Source: an uncultured Acidobacteriota bacterium
GTDB taxonomy: Bacteria > Acidobacteriota > Vicinamibacteria > Vicinamibacterales > CAVVIG01
DNA length: 64,000 nucleotides
Direction of reading: 5' to 3'
NCBI GenBank assembly: GCA_963720005.1
Contig: CAVREM010000112.1
Location: forward strand, 110,386 to 174,385
Position 1 is the first letter of the stretch. The number at the start of each line of letters is the position of its first letter. Below are positions 34,382 to 46,167 of this stretch, piece by piece. The translations under genes and the position numbers were made by a program. The notes beneath the pieces are model-generated. The model did not search any database. It had not been told where the DNA came from and worked only from the letters and a program-made list of their open reading frames with translations.

Positions 34382-35431
34382 TCACACTCCCCATCCTCTC
34401 CGCGCGACCGGCTCAAGGCAGATGCTGCGGCCAATCGCCGGCGCGATGATGCGCAGCTCGGCCATCAGCCGATCGAACTGCGCCGGGAACATCGACTGGG
34501 CGCCGTCGCTCAACGCGTGATCCGGGTCGCAATGCACCTCGATGATCAGGCCGTCGGCGCCGGCGGCGACCGCCGCGCGCGCCATCGGCGCCACCATGTC
34601 GCGGCGTCCGGCGCCGTGGCTCGGATCGGCGACCACCGGCAGGTGACTGAGCTTCTTGACGACCGGGATCGCCGAGATGTCGAACGTGTTGCGGGTGGCG
34701 GTCTCGAACGTCCGGATGCCGCGCTCGCAGAGGATCACGTCGGTGTTGCCGCCGCTCAACACGTACTCCGCCGACAGCAGCCACTCTTCGATGGTCGCCG
34801 AGATGCCGCGCTTCAGCATCACGGGCTTGCGCGTGTGCTGCCCCAGCTCGCGGAGCAGCGTGAAGTTCTGCATGTTGCGCGCGCCGACCTGGAAGATGTC
34901 GCAGTACTTCTCGATGAGCGGGATCTGGCTGATGTCCATGACCTCGGAGATGAGCGCCATCCCTTCGGCCTTGGACGCGTCCTGGAGCATCCGCAGGCCC
35001 TCTTCGCCCAGCCCCTGGAAGCTGTACGGCGAGCTGCGCGGCTTGAAGGCGCCGCCCCGGAAGACTTTCGCGCCGGCCCGCCGGACGGCCGCGGCCGTCG
35101 TCCGCACCTGCTTCTCGTTCTCGGCGGAGCACGGCCCGGCCATGACGATCACCTCGTCGCCGCCGATCCGGATGTCGCCGACCGTGACGATCGTGTCCTC
35201 GGGCTTGTAGGTGCGGCTGGCCAGCTTGTACGGCGACGAGATGCGGACCACCTCGTGCACGCCCTCCATCATCTCGATCAGCCCCGGGTCGGGGTGGCCC
35301 TGACCGACCGCGCCCAGCACGGTCCGCGTCACGCCCGTCGACCGGTGGACGTCCATGCCCATTTCGACCAGCCGCGCGACCACCTGCTCGATCTGGGCTT
35401 CCGTCGCGCGCTCCTGCATCACCACTACCAT
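34382..35431 (-). CDS. aroF: DAHP synthase type I-beta with an N-terminal regulatory domain
   Basis: [43 protein letters not shown]. Confidence 0.95.
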   Translation of the reverse strand: MVVVMQERATEAQIEQVVARLVEMGMDVHRSTGVTRTVLGAVGQGHPDPGLIEMMEGVHEVVRISSPYKLASRTYKPEDTIVTVGDIRIGGDEVIVMAGPCSAENEKQVRTTAAAVRRAGAKVFRGGAFKPRSSPYSFQGLGEEGLRMLQDASKAEGMALISEVMDISQIPLIEKYCDIFQVGARNMQNFTLLRELGQHTRKPVMLKRGISATIEEWLLSAEYVLSGGNTDVILCERGIRTFETATRNTFDISAIPVVKKLSHLPVVADPSHGAGRRDMVAPMARAAVAAGADGLIIEVHCDPDHALSDGAQSMFPAQFDRLMAELRIIAPAIGRSICLEPVARRGWGV

Positions 35432-35443
35432 TGGCTACTCCCG

Positions 35444-35520
35444 CTGAAATTTCAGATTGCAGATTTCAGATTTAAGATTTCCTTCAGACTTCAGACTTCA
35501 GACTTCAGACTTCAGACTTC
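35444..35520. repeat. Heptamer array AGATTT(C/A) plus (TTCAGAC)x5
   Basis: Five exact TTCAGAC copies at 35483-35517; contains the chorismate mutase stop. Confidence 0.9.
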
Positions 35521-35801
35521 GTGTCCTCGCCGTGCACGACGCGGCGTTCCAGCCGCCGCGCTTCGTCGATGATGCGTTCGAACAGCCGGCCGATCGCCTC
35601 CGGCCCGAGCGGGCCCTCGCACGCGACCTCGCGCACGTGCTGCAGGACCTCCTTCTCGCGCTCGGGTTGATAGATCTCGATGCCCAGCTCCTTTTTCAGC
35701 TTGCCGATTTCGCAGGCGCAGCGCGCGCGCTCGTTCAGCAGGCGCACCAGCACTTCGTCGACGCGATCGATGTCCTTCCGCAGGTCGTCGAGTGTCCGCA
35801 T
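35505..35801 (-). CDS. Chorismate mutase (AroQ)
   Basis: LDDLRKDIDRVD...LLNERA...IYQPERE...LFERII. Confidence 0.92.
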   Translation of the reverse strand: MRTLDDLRKDIDRVDEVLVRLLNERARCACEIGKLKKELGIEIYQPEREKEVLQHVREVACEGPLGPEAIGRLFERIIDEARRLERRVVHGEDTKSEV

Positions 35802-35803
35802 GG

Positions 35804-36640
35804 TCACATGGCTCGCGGGGCGCCGTGCCCGCCCGCGCAGATCGCTGCGTCCTTCAGCGATCGAACGTATGCCTCGACCCGTTCGACGAGCGCCGGCGTA
35901 CCCGCGCGATTCGGCGATGAGCGACACGAGCGCGCTGCCGACGACCGCGGCGTCGGCATATCGGCCGACCTCGGCGACATGCTCGGGCCGCGAGATGCCG
36001 AAGCCTAGCGCGATTGGCAGCGTCGTGTGCGCGCGAATTCGCCGGACCAGCGCCTCGGCGCCCGTCGGCGACCCGATCCCGGGCCCCGGTCACGCCAAGC
36101 CGTGAAATCCCGTAAAGGAATCCCCGCCCGAGCGCGGCCGCCGTGCGGATGCGCGCGTCGGTGGTGGTCGGGCTCAACAGGAATATCGTATCGAGCCCCT
36201 GCGCCGCCAGCGTTTCGCGAAACTCGGCCGCTTCTTCGATCGGCAGATCGAGGGCGAGCACGCCGTCGACGCCGGCGGCGGCCGCCCGGCGCGCGAACGC
36301 GTCGACGCCCATCCGGAGCATCGGGTTCGCGTAGCTGAACATCACGATCGGCGCCGCAGACGACGGGCGGATCCGTTCCACCAGCGCGAGGCTTTCGCGC
36401 AGGTTGCTGCCGGCGGCCAGCGCGCGTTCGGTCGCCCGCTGAATCACCGGGCCGTCCGCCAGCGGATCCGAGAACGGCACACCGACTTCGATCACGTCGG
36501 CGCCGGCGCGATCGAGCGCCTTCAGGATCTCGGCGGACGTCGCCAGATCGGGATCGCCGGCCGTGACATACGTGACGAGGCCCGGTCTGGCGGACGCGCG
36601 TGCGGAGTCCGTCGAAGCGCTCAGCGATCCGCGAGCCCAA
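35804..36640 (-). CDS. trpA: Tryptophan synthase alpha (frameshifted)
   Basis: [38 protein letters not shown]. Confidence 0.95.
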
Positions 36641-37830
36641 GATGCTTCTCCACCGAATGGACGTCCTTGTCTCCGCGCCCCGAGAGGTTCACGAGCACGA
36701 TCGCGTTCCGTCCGAGCTCGCCGGCGAGCGTCTGCGCGTAGGCGACGGCGTGCGACGACTCCAGCGCCGGCAGGATGCCCTCGAGACGCGCCAGGGTCTG
36801 AAAGGCAGCCAGCGCCTCGGCGTCGCTGACGTGAACGTACTCGGTCCTGCCCTGCGCCCGCAGCCACGCGTGCTCCGGGCCGACCGCGGCGTAATCGAGG
36901 CCGGCGGAGACCGAATGCGTGAGCTCGATGTTGCCGTCCTCGTCCTGCAGCACGTAGGTGCGCGTGCCCTGCAGCACGCCGGCGCTGCCGCCGGCGAACC
37001 TCGCCGCGTGGCGGCCGCGCGCGATGCGCTCGCCGCCGGCTTCGACGCCGATCAGCCGCACGCTCGCGATCGTCGATGAACGCGTCGAAGATGCCCATCG
37101 CGTTGCTGCCGCCGCCGACGCACGCGACCACGGCATCGGGCAGGCGTCCGGCCAGCTCGAGGATCTGCGGCCGCGCCTCGCGGCCGATGACCGCCTGGAA
37201 CTCGCGCACCATCAGCGGGTACGGATGCGGCCCCAGCACCGAGCCGAGCAGGTAGTACGTGTCGCCGACGTTCGTGACCCAGTCGCGCATCGCTTCGTTG
37301 ATGGCGTCTTTCAGCGTGCGGCTGCCGGCGTCGACGCCGCAGCACCTCGGCGCCCAGCAGACGCATCCGGAAGACGTTCAGCGCCTGCCGAGCCATGTCC
37401 TCGGCGCCCATGTAGACGTGGCAGTCGAGGCCGAGCAGCGCGCACGCCGTCGCCGTCGCCACGCCGTGCTGGCCGGCGCCGGTCTCGGCGACGATCCGCC
37501 GCTTGCCCATCCGCACCGCAAGCAGCGCCTGGCCGAGGGCGTTGTTGATCTTGTGCGCGCCGGTATGGGTCAGGTCTTCGCGCTTGAGAAAGATCCGCGC
37601 GCCGCCCGCCGCCTCGGTCAGCCGCCTGCCGGGTAAACGGGCGTGGGCCGGCCGACGTACTGCGTCAGCAGCCGATCCAGCTCCGCAGGAACGCTGCATC
37701 GTCGCGCGCCGCGAGATACGCGCGTTCGAGCTCCTCGATAGGCTCGACGAGCGTCTCGGGCACGAAGCGTCCGCCGAATTCGCCGAAATAGCCCCGTGCG
37801 TCCGGGTCGCGGCGGGTTGCGATGCGTCAT
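36621..37830 (-). CDS. trpB: Tryptophan synthase beta (frameshifted)
   Basis: [47 protein letters not shown]. Confidence 0.96.
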
Positions 37831-38456
37831 GGCTCTCCCACAGTGGCGCAGGTTGACGGCGTCGAACAAGCGCCCGCAGCCGCGCGTGATCTTTGACGCC
37901 GGGCGACGACTCGACGCCCGACGAGACGTCGATGCCGAACGGCTGCACCGCCCGGATGGCGTCGGCGACGTTTGCCGGCGTCAATCCACCGGCGAGCAGT
38001 ACCGGGCCGGCGGGCGGCGATCGACGGCAGCGCGCTTCCAATCGACCGTCCTGCCCGGTGCCGCCGCGCTTCTCGGGGTCGTGCGCGTCGATCAGCAGGC
38101 GCACGCGTGACGGCCACGCGTCGGCGTCCTCGGCGCCCATCAATCGCCAGTCCCAACGCCTTCACGACCGGCCGTTCGATGTGTTCGAGCACGTCGATGG
38201 TCTCATCTCCATGGAGCTGCACGGCGCTCAACCCGACACGCGCCGCCACCCCGTTGACCAGGCGCGGCGGCTGATCCACGAACACGCCGACGGTCGTCAC
38301 GAACGGCGGCAGCCGTGAGACGATCGCGCGCGCCTGCTCGGGATCGACATACCGCGGACTCTTCGGCCAGAACACGAAGCCGAGCGCTCCGGCGCCGAGC
38401 TCGACGGCTGCCTCGGCGTCCTCCAGCCGCGTGATGCCGCAGATCTTCACGAGCAT
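37827..38456 (-). CDS. trpF: Phosphoribosylanthranilate isomerase (frameshifted)
   Basis: VKICGIT, SPRYV, VQLHGDE, GGTG, LAGGL, DVSSGVE. Confidence 0.95.
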   Translation of the reverse strand: MLVKICGITRLEDAEAAVELGAGALGFVFWPKSPRYVDPEQARAIVSRLPPFVTTVGVFVDQPPRLVNGVAARVGLSAVQLHGDETIDVLEHIERPVVKALGLAIDGRRGRRRVAVTRAPADRRARPREARRHRAGRSIGSALPSIAARRPGTARRWIDAGKRRRRHPGGAAVRHRRLVGRRVVARRQRSRAAAGACSTPSTCATVGEP

Positions 38457-38472
38457 TGGACCGGCTTCTGAG

Positions 38473-38547
38473 ACCACGGAGGACACAAAGGACACGAAGG
38501 AAAAGCCATTAGGGTCTCACCTTCGTGTCCTTAGTGTCCTTTGTGGT
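38473..38547. repeat. 9-mer inverted array (AAGGACAC-type)
   Basis: ACCACGGAGGACACAAAGGACACGAAGG ... CCTTCGTGTCCTTAGTGTCCTTTGTGGT; 28-nt arms with 3 mismatches. Confidence 0.9.
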
Positions 38548-39358
38548 TGGAACAACCGCTGTTCAAGAGGTCTCTCAACGCCGCGCCCGGATCGTCCGTC
38601 GTCATGAACCGCTCGCCGATCAGAAACGCGCGGTACCCGAGTGCCATGAACCGGGCGATGTCGGCGGGCGTCTTGATCCCGCTCTCGCTCACTGCCGTCA
38701 CCCCTTCGGCATGCGCGCGATCAGCTCTTCGGAGACATCGAGGTCGACCGCGAGCGTGCGGAGATTCCGGTTGTTGACGCCGACGAGGTCGGCGCCGGCG
38801 TCGACGCGGCCATCAGTTCGTCGCTGCCGTGCACCTCGACCAGCGCATCGAGGCCGAGGTCGCTGGCCTTTGCCATCAGCCGCGCGAGCTCGGCCGGGCG
38901 AAGCGCCGCCGGCAATCAGCAGCACGGCATCTGCTCCTGCAGCCCGCGCCTCGAGCAGCTGATACTCCGAGACGATGAAGTCCTTCCGGAGCAACGGAAC
39001 GTCGACAGCCGTCCGCACCCTGGCCAAGTCGTCGAGCGACCCGTCGAAGAAGGTCGGCTCCGTGAGGACCGAAATCGCCGCCGCGCCGGCCGCGCTGTAT
39101 CCCCGCGCAATCGCAGCCGGGTCGTAATCGGCCCGAAGCACGCCCCGGGAGGGCGAGCGGCGCTTGCATTCGGCCACGATGTTGACGCGATCCGGTCCGG
39201 CTCAGCGCCGCGCGGAACGCGCCGGGCCTGGTGTCTGTTCGCTCGGCGCGCGAGCGCCAGTCGCGCAATCGGCTCCTGCTCGGCACGCACCTCGACGATT
39301 CGCCGCGTCGCGGCGACGATGGTCGCGAGGAGGTCGGCGCGCCCGCGGTCGTCGTCAT
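38531..39358 (-). CDS. trpC: Indole-3-glycerol phosphate synthase (frameshifted)
   Basis: AECKRRSPSRG, ISVLTEPTFFDGS, LRKDF, GVNNRNL, ESGI, LIGE. Confidence 0.94.
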
Positions 39359-40395
39359 GCTCCGGCTCCTGCGGTCGATTCCCCGGCCGCCGACAGCGCA
39401 GCCATCCGCTCGAGCGCACGCGCCGCGTCGCCGCGATCGATGGCGCCGGCCGCCTGCGCCATGCCGTCCGTCAATCGACGCGGCCTTGCCGGCGATGAAG
39501 AGCGCCGCGCCTGCATTCAGCACGACGATGTCGCGCGCGGCGCCGCGCTCGCCCGCGAGAACCGTCCGGATGATTCGCGCATTGTCTGCAGCCGTGCCGC
39601 CCCGAATCGCCGCCGGCGTGCGCCTTGGGCAGTCCGACGTCCGCGGGATGGAGATAGAACGTGTTCACCGACCCGCCGCGGCACTCCGAGATCTTGGTGT
39701 AGCCGGTCGTCGAGATTTCATCGATGCCGTCGGACCCGTGAACCACCCACGCGCGCTTCGATCCCAGGAGCAGGAGCGACCGCGCGAGGAGCTCGGTGAA
39801 CTCCGGCCTGGGCACGCCGACCAGCTGATGCGATGCCCCAGCCGGGTTCGTCAGCGGGCCGAGCAGGTTGAACGCGGTCCGGACGCCGAGCGCCTTGCGC
39901 GTGGGTCCCGCGTGCCGCATGGATGGATGGAACGTCGGCGCGAAGAAGAAGCCGATGCCTGCCTCCGTGAGGCATCGTTCAACGACGTCGGGCGGGGCGG
40001 TCACCTTGACGCCGAGTGTTTCGAAGACGTCCGCGCTGCCGCACTGGCTCGACACAGACCGGTTGCCGTGCTTCGCGACCCTGATACCCGCGGCGGCGAC
40101 GACGAGCGCCACGGCGGATGAAATATTGAAGGTACCGGAGCGATCGCCGCCGGTGCCGCAGGTGTCGAAGACGTCCTCGAACCGGCGGGAGACGCCCACC
40201 GCGTGCGCCCTCATCGTGCGCGCCAGCCCGACGATCTCGGCCGGCCGCTCGCCTTTCATCGCGAGGCCGATCAGCAGCGCCGCGATCTGTGCGTCGGCGG
40301 CACGGCCCTCCATCACCTCGCCCATCGCCGCCGCGGCCTCCTCGCTCGTGAGGTCCTCGCGCCGCATCAGCTTTTTCGATCAGTGCGGAAAACAT
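39355..40395 (-). CDS. trpD: Anthranilate phosphoribosyltransferase (frameshifted)
   Basis: DTCGTGGD, NISS, KHGNRSVSS, FNLLGPLTNP, GIDE. Confidence 0.95.
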
Positions 40396-40399
40396 CCGG

Positions 40400-40973
<574 letters not shown>

Positions 40974-40984
40974 AAGAGCCGTGA

Positions 40985-41051
40985 GAATTTAAGATTTCAG
41001 ATTTAAGATTGCGTCAGATTTCCTGAAAATCCAAAATCTGATCTTGAATTC
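40985..41051. repeat. AGATTT(C/A) heptamer inverted array
   Basis: AATTTAAGATTTCAGATTTAAGATT is identical to part of the left arm of 7776-7901. Confidence 0.88.
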
Positions 41052-41056
41052 CATCA

Positions 41057-42532
41057 TCAGAGTCCCGCCTGGGCGAGCTCGAGGGCGCGGAGAAGCGCCC
41101 GCGCCTTGTCGCGGGTCTCCTCGTACTCCGCCGTCGGATTGGAATCGATGACGATGCCGGCGCCTGCCTGCACGTAGGCGCGGCCTTTCGACATGATGAC
41201 CGTGCGGATCGCGATGCAGAAATCGAGGTTGCCGGCGAAATCGACATAGCCGACGGCGCCGGCGTAGAGGCCGCGGCCGGCCGGCTCGATCTCGCGGATG
41301 ATCTGCATCGCGCGCACCTTGGGCGCGCCCGACACCGTTCCGGCCGGGAAGCAGGACACGAGCGCGTCGAGGCGATCGCGATCCTCGGCGAGCTTGCCCT
41401 CGACGATCGACGTCAGGTGCATGACGTGCGAAAAGCGCTCGAGGCCCATGAACTGGGGGACGCGGACCGAGCCGTAGTCGCACACACGGCCGACGTCGTT
41501 GCGGCCGAGATCGACCAGCATCACGTGCTCGGCGCGCTCCTTTTCGTTCCGCTTCAGCTCTTCGGCCAGGCGCATGTCCTCCTCGTTGGTCCGCCCGCGC
41601 GGGCGCGTCCCGGCGATCGGATGCGTCTCCACGCGGGATCCCTCGACCCGGACCAGCATCTCCGGTGACGATCCGACGACCGCCACGCCGCCCATCCGGA
41701 TGAAATACATGTACGGCGACGGGTTCACGTGCCTGAGCGCGCGGTAGACGGTGAACGGATCGGCCGCAACCTCCGCCTCGAACCGCTGCGACAGGACCAC
41801 CTGATAGATGTCGCCGGCCGCGATGTACTCCTTGCCCTTCCGGACCTGCTCCTCGAACTGCTCGCGCGTGCGATTCGACCGGACGTCGAGGCATGGCGGG
41901 CGATCGGGTCTGGCTGTCACGGAGAGATTGCGCTCGAGCTCGCGCTCGAGGAACTGGATCTTCGCGCAGGCGAACTGGTACAGCGCCTCGAGGTCGTCGT
42001 CGGCGGTGATGCGCGCGTTGGCGATGATCAGGATGCGGTGCTGGACGTGGTCGAACGCGAGCACCGTGTCGAACAGCATGAAGCCGGCCTGATCGGCCCC
42101 GTCCGAGGCGTCGCCGATGTCGCCAAGCACCGGCTCGAACCACGACGCCGCCCCGTACCCGAGGTAGCCGACGGCGCCGCCGGTGAATCGCGGCAGGTCG
42201 GGGACGAACGGCGACCGGAAGTCGGCCATCAATCCGCGCAGCGTCTCGATGAACGGCCGCTCGCCGTCGGTCACGGTGCCGCCGCGCTCCAGCGTGGTCC
42301 GGCCGTCGCGCGCGCGCAGGATCAGAAACGGGTCCTTGCCGAGAAACGAATAGCGGCCGACGTGCTCCCCGCCCTCGACGCTTTCGAGCAGGAAGGCATA
42401 GTCGGCGTCCTCGGCGATCTTCAGGAACGCCGACACGGGCGTCAGAAGGTCGGCGACGATCTCCTTGCAGACCGGCACGAAGGTGCCCCGCCGCGCCAGC
42501 TCCTTGAACTCCTCAAACGACGTGATTTTCAT
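41057..42532 (-). CDS. trpE: Anthranilate synthase component I
   Basis: FLLESVEG, NPSPYM, PIAGTR, EHVMLVDLGRND, GTVSGAPK. Confidence 0.96.
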   Translation of the reverse strand: MKITSFEEFKELARRGTFVPVCKEIVADLLTPVSAFLKIAEDADYAFLLESVEGGEHVGRYSFLGKDPFLILRARDGRTTLERGGTVTDGERPFIETLRGLMADFRSPFVPDLPRFTGGAVGYLGYGAASWFEPVLGDIGDASDGADQAGFMLFDTVLAFDHVQHRILIIANARITADDDLEALYQFACAKIQFLERELERNLSVTARPDRPPCLDVRSNRTREQFEEQVRKGKEYIAAGDIYQVVLSQRFEAEVAADPFTVYRALRHVNPSPYMYFIRMGGVAVVGSSPEMLVRVEGSRVETHPIAGTRPRGRTNEEDMRLAEELKRNEKERAEHVMLVDLGRNDVGRVCDYGSVRVPQFMGLERFSHVMHLTSIVEGKLAEDRDRLDALVSCFPAGTVSGAPKVRAMQIIREIEPAGRGLYAGAVGYVDFAGNLDFCIAIRTVIMSKGRAYVQAGAGIVIDSNPTAEYEETRDKARALLRALELAQAGL

Positions 42533-43989
42533 CGGCGATGAACTCCGTGAGTTTCCGCTCCGCGGCGGCGCGCATCACGCCCGTGGGGGGCTTCGTTCCT
42601 GTCCACCAGGAGAACTGCTCCTGCGCCTGGGCGACCAGCATGTCGAGACCGCCAATCGTCACGCAGCCAGCTGCCGCCGCGTCGCGGAGCAAACGCGTCG
42701 CCGGCGGGTTGTAAACGAGGTCGTACACGTATCGACCTGAAAGGGCCGCGGCAGGCAGGGGCGACTGATCGAGGTGCGGGTGCATGCCGACCGGCGTGCA
42801 GTTGACGAGCAAGTCCCAGGTGTCCGGCGCCGGCGGCCACGGAGCGGCTCGTACGCCCACCGCTCGCGCCGTGTCCTGCGCCCGTCCTGCGTCGCGGGCA
42901 TGGATGGTGACCTCGGCGCCGGCGTCATCCAGGCCAACGGCGACGGCGCGCGCGGCGCCGCCACCGCCGAGTACCGCGGCCCGGACGCGCGTCAACGGCA
43001 CGCCGGCATCGATCAGCGGCTGAAGAAACCCTGCGACATCGGTGTTGCCGCCGATCCATCGCCCTTGTTCGAGGCTGATCGTGTTGATCGCCCCGACGCG
43101 ACGGGCGACGGCTTCCGCCTCGTCGACGTGGTCGAACAGCGAGACCTTGAACGGAATGGTAATGCTGGCGCCCTTCACACCAAACGCGCGCACAAACCTG
43201 ACGAAATCGTCGGCGTCAGCGGCTGGCAGCGGCAGGTACACGGCATCGATGGACGTGGCCTTGAAGGCCGCGTTGTGCATGTCGGGAGAAACCGAGTGGT
43301 CGATGGGTGACCCGACCAGACCGTATAAAGCCGTTTCCGATCCGAGCGCTCGGAATCGATACGTGTCCAGCAGGGCTTCGGGCGAGAGTTGTCCGACCGC
43401 GTTGAGCGAACCGCCGTACGACCATTCGGAGGAGAAACGGCACGGCAGCACCCGCGTGATGAGTCCCTTCGAGCCCATGGCAATCAGGACCACGGCGCCG
43501 TCGCGCCCCATCGCCTGTCCGAGCTCGGCGAGCGGGATGCAGTCGCCCAGGCGCTGCGCGGTGACCGCAATCTTGACGACCTCGGCGCCGGTCCTTCGCA
43601 TCGCGTGGGCGCGTTCCGCCAGGTCGGCGGGAACCGATTCGAAGTCATGGGACGAAACGACGATTCGGCGGCCGCCGGTCTGGCTCACGGAGATCGCCGA
43701 AGCCGGCGCGCCATTCGATGTCGACGTACTCCGCGCCGCGCGCCAGGGCCTCACCGAGGATCCGCCGGCGTTCTTCCTCTGAGCCGTCGAACCGCCCGCC
43801 TTCCCATGTGGGCCGGCAGGTGACGATCGCCGGCAGCCGCCGGCCGGCGAGCGCTCCCGCGACGTCCGGATCGCTGACGCCGTCGAGCCTCAGCTCGACG
43901 AGATCGGCGTCGCGCACGCCGTCACGGCGACGGCGGAGTTCCGCCGTCGAGGTCGCCGTCACGGTGACGCACAGCCGTGGTTTCGTCAT
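42513..43989 (-). CDS. aroE: Fused type I 3-dehydroquinate dehydratase / shikimate dehydrogenase (frameshift near 43690)
   Basis: VELRLD, YVDIE, SSHDF, VKIAV (AroD), then HSVSPDMHN, TIPFK, GAINT, NTD, GGGGAA, NCTPVGM, DLVYNP (AroE). Confidence 0.92.
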
Positions 43990-43996
43990 ACGTTTC

Positions 43997-44021
43997 GGCG
44001 GGCCTAAGAGGCCCGCCCTAC
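43997..44021 (-). repeat. GTAG-type REP
   Basis: Minus strand GTAGGGCGGGCCTCTTAGGCCCGCC. Confidence 0.8.
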
Positions 44022-44029
44022 ACCGAGTC

Positions 44030-44066
44030 AAAAAAAAAGCCTCTTCAGGGTCAGCTGAAGAGGCTT
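44030..44066 (-). terminator. Intrinsic terminator (attenuator) in the leader of the aro/trp operon
   Basis: AAGCCUCUUCAG-CUGACC-CUGAAGAGGC followed by a U9 run. Confidence 0.93.
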
Positions 44067-44089
44067 GAGATATCGCGCGTGGTGGACGA

Positions 44090-44197
44090 TCAGGCCAAGG
44101 CGACTGCCTCTTCAATCGAGCGCCAATACCACCGCCACGCAGACGATGAGGCACTCGTCTGCTGGCAGGTAAATGCAACTGTGCTGAACAGGTTCAC
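44090..44197 (-). CDS. trpL: Attenuator leader peptide, 35 aa: MNLFSTVAFTCQQTSASSSAWRWYWRSIEEAVALA
   Basis: GTG start with GGGAAG SD; W-R-W-Y-W codon cluster; stop about 23 nt before the terminator. Confidence 0.88.
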   Translation of the reverse strand: MNLFSTVAFTCQQTSASSSAWRWYWRSIEEAVALA

Positions 44198-44219
44198 TCG
44201 GCTTCCCACGAGACCACGG

Positions 44220-44249
44220 ACGATAGCAGAGGGCCCGCGCCGCTGTCAA
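44220..44249 (-). promoter_or_regulatory. sigma70 promoter of the aro/trp leader
   Basis: TTGACA-N18-TATCGT with a TG extension. Confidence 0.75.
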
Positions 44250-44268
44250 ATATCGTGCCCATTTCTCC

Positions 44269-44297
44269 TTGACCAGTAAGCACTTCTCCTCTATAAC
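44269..44297 (+). promoter_or_regulatory. sigma70 promoter of the S55 peptidase operon
   Basis: TTGACC-N17-TATAAC. Confidence 0.75.
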
Positions 44298-44308
44298 GGA
44301 AAGAACCC

Positions 44309-46163
44309 ATGTCGCCACGCCGAGCCGCAATCCTGCTGGTCCTGAGCCTGTTGACGGCGGTCGGCTATCGCGTCGGCGCGGCCACGCCGCAGATGCCGGT
44401 GTCCGAAATCCGGCCCGGCATGGTGGGCGTCGGCCACACGGTCTTCGCGGGCACCCGCGTCGAAGAGTTCCGGGCCAACATCATCGGCGTGATCGAGAAC
44501 GTCATGGGCCCCCGCCGGAACCTGATTCTGGCGAAACTCGAGGGCGGGCCGCTCGCTGACACTGGCGTCATCGCCGGGATGAGCGGAAGCCCGGTCTATA
44601 TCAACGGCCGTCTCATCGGCGCCGTTTCCTACTCGCTCGGCAGCTTCTCCAAGGAACCGATCGCCGGCATCACACCCATCGAGGAGATGACCGAAGAAGC
44701 GGTCCTCACGACGCCGCGGCCGGCCGGCGCGCGCGTGCACCTCGAGTTCCCGCTGACGCGCGACAATCTGATCGCCGCGTTCCGGAAGGCCCTGAACTGG
44801 AACCGGCCGTTTGCCGATCGGCCGTCCGACGCGCAATTGGTCGGTGCGACCGCCGTCGCCGGCTTCGGTCCGAACGAACTGGGCACGATGCTGCGGCCGA
44901 TTGCGACGCCGCTGGTGATGGGCGGATTCGAACCCGATTTCGGGGCGATGCTCGGCGCGGCCTTCCAGGATCAGGGGTTCGTTCCAACCGGCGCGGCAGC
45001 GGGTCTGCGGCCGGGCGACATGCCATTCGAGGGTCCGCTCAAACCAGGTGACGCGCTCGGCGTGACGTTCGTCAGCGGCGACTTGCTCCTGGGCGGAACC
45101 GGCACCGTCACCCACATCGATGGCGACCACGTCTACGCATTCGGTCACCCGATGTACAACCTCGGACCGACCCAGTTCCCGATGACGCGCGCGTACGTGT
45201 ATACGGTCCTGCCGAGTCTTTTCTCGTCGACGAAGCTGTCGACCACGAGCGAGGTGATCGGGACGCTGCTCCAGGATCGCGCGACGACGATTGCCGGCAA
45301 GCTCGGCCCGGGTCCTGCGCTCATTCCGGTGACGCTGACCCTCGAGGCCGAGCGCGGGTCGCGCCGCACGTTCAACTTCGGCGTCGTGAAGGACCAGCTG
45401 TTCACGCCCCTGATGACCTACTCGGCGCTCGTCAACACCTTGTTGTCGTACGAGCGGCAGAACGGAACGGCGACGTTCGCGGTGACGGGTTCGGCCACCC
45501 TGAAGAATCATGGCGTCGTCACCTTCGACAACCTGTTCTCCGGCGGAGATTCTCCGGCGATCAGCGCCGCGGCGTCCGTCATCGCGCCGGTCACGACGCT
45601 CGTCAACAACGACGACGAGGCGGTCGAGATCGAGCGGCTCGACTTGACGATGAAGACGTCGGAGGAGCCGAGGACTGCGACTCTGCAGCGCGTGTGGATC
45701 GACGACCCGCGGCCGCGCGCCGGCCGATCGGTGCCGCTGAAGGTGCACCTGCGCACGTATCGCGGCGAGGACGTCCTGCGGACCGTTCCGATCGAGATCC
45801 CGGCGACCGCGCGCGGCAGCCTGCAGGTGGTCGTTTCGGACGGCCAGCGGCTCGGCGTGGCCGAGCAGCGCGAGGCGCGTGTCATCGCAACCTCGAACGG
45901 TCGAGCAGCTGGTGCGCATGATCAACAAGGGCCGCCGGAACAACACGCTTTACGTCAAGCTGCTGAGCGGCGACGCTGGCGCAGTCGTCAACGGCGAGCT
46001 GTTGTCGGCGCTGCCGCCGTCCGTGCTCGCTGTCCTCGAAGCCGATCGCAGCGGCGGTAACTTCAACCCGCTCTACAGCGCCACGCTCGGCGAGTGGGAG
46101 ATCCCCACGGCGCACGCCGTAACGGGCGTACGGACGCTGACCCTTGCCGTCTCGCCGAACTGA
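44309..46163 (+). CDS. Secreted SpoIVB-family (S55) serine peptidase, frameshift near 45885
   Basis: Signal peptide, GVIAGMSGSPVYINGRLIGAV, GITPIEEM, AFGHP. Confidence 0.88.
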
Positions 46164-46167
46164 GAAA

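Noticed and set aside
35483-35517. (TTCAGAC)x5 and other arrays as CRISPR or contingency loci
   Set aside because: There are no unique spacers or cas genes and the units are 7-9 nt. They are mostly intergenic, so they are treated as part of the junction-repeat family.
35854-37290. Apparent TrpB-TrpA fusion ORF
   Set aside because: Artefact of indels; the two gene parts are joined by non-homologous shifted sequence.
44090-44220. T-box or TRAP-type control of the trp genes
   Set aside because: No T-box consensus (AAUUAGGGUGGUACCGCG-like) and no (G/U)AG repeats; the leader-peptide model explains the region.
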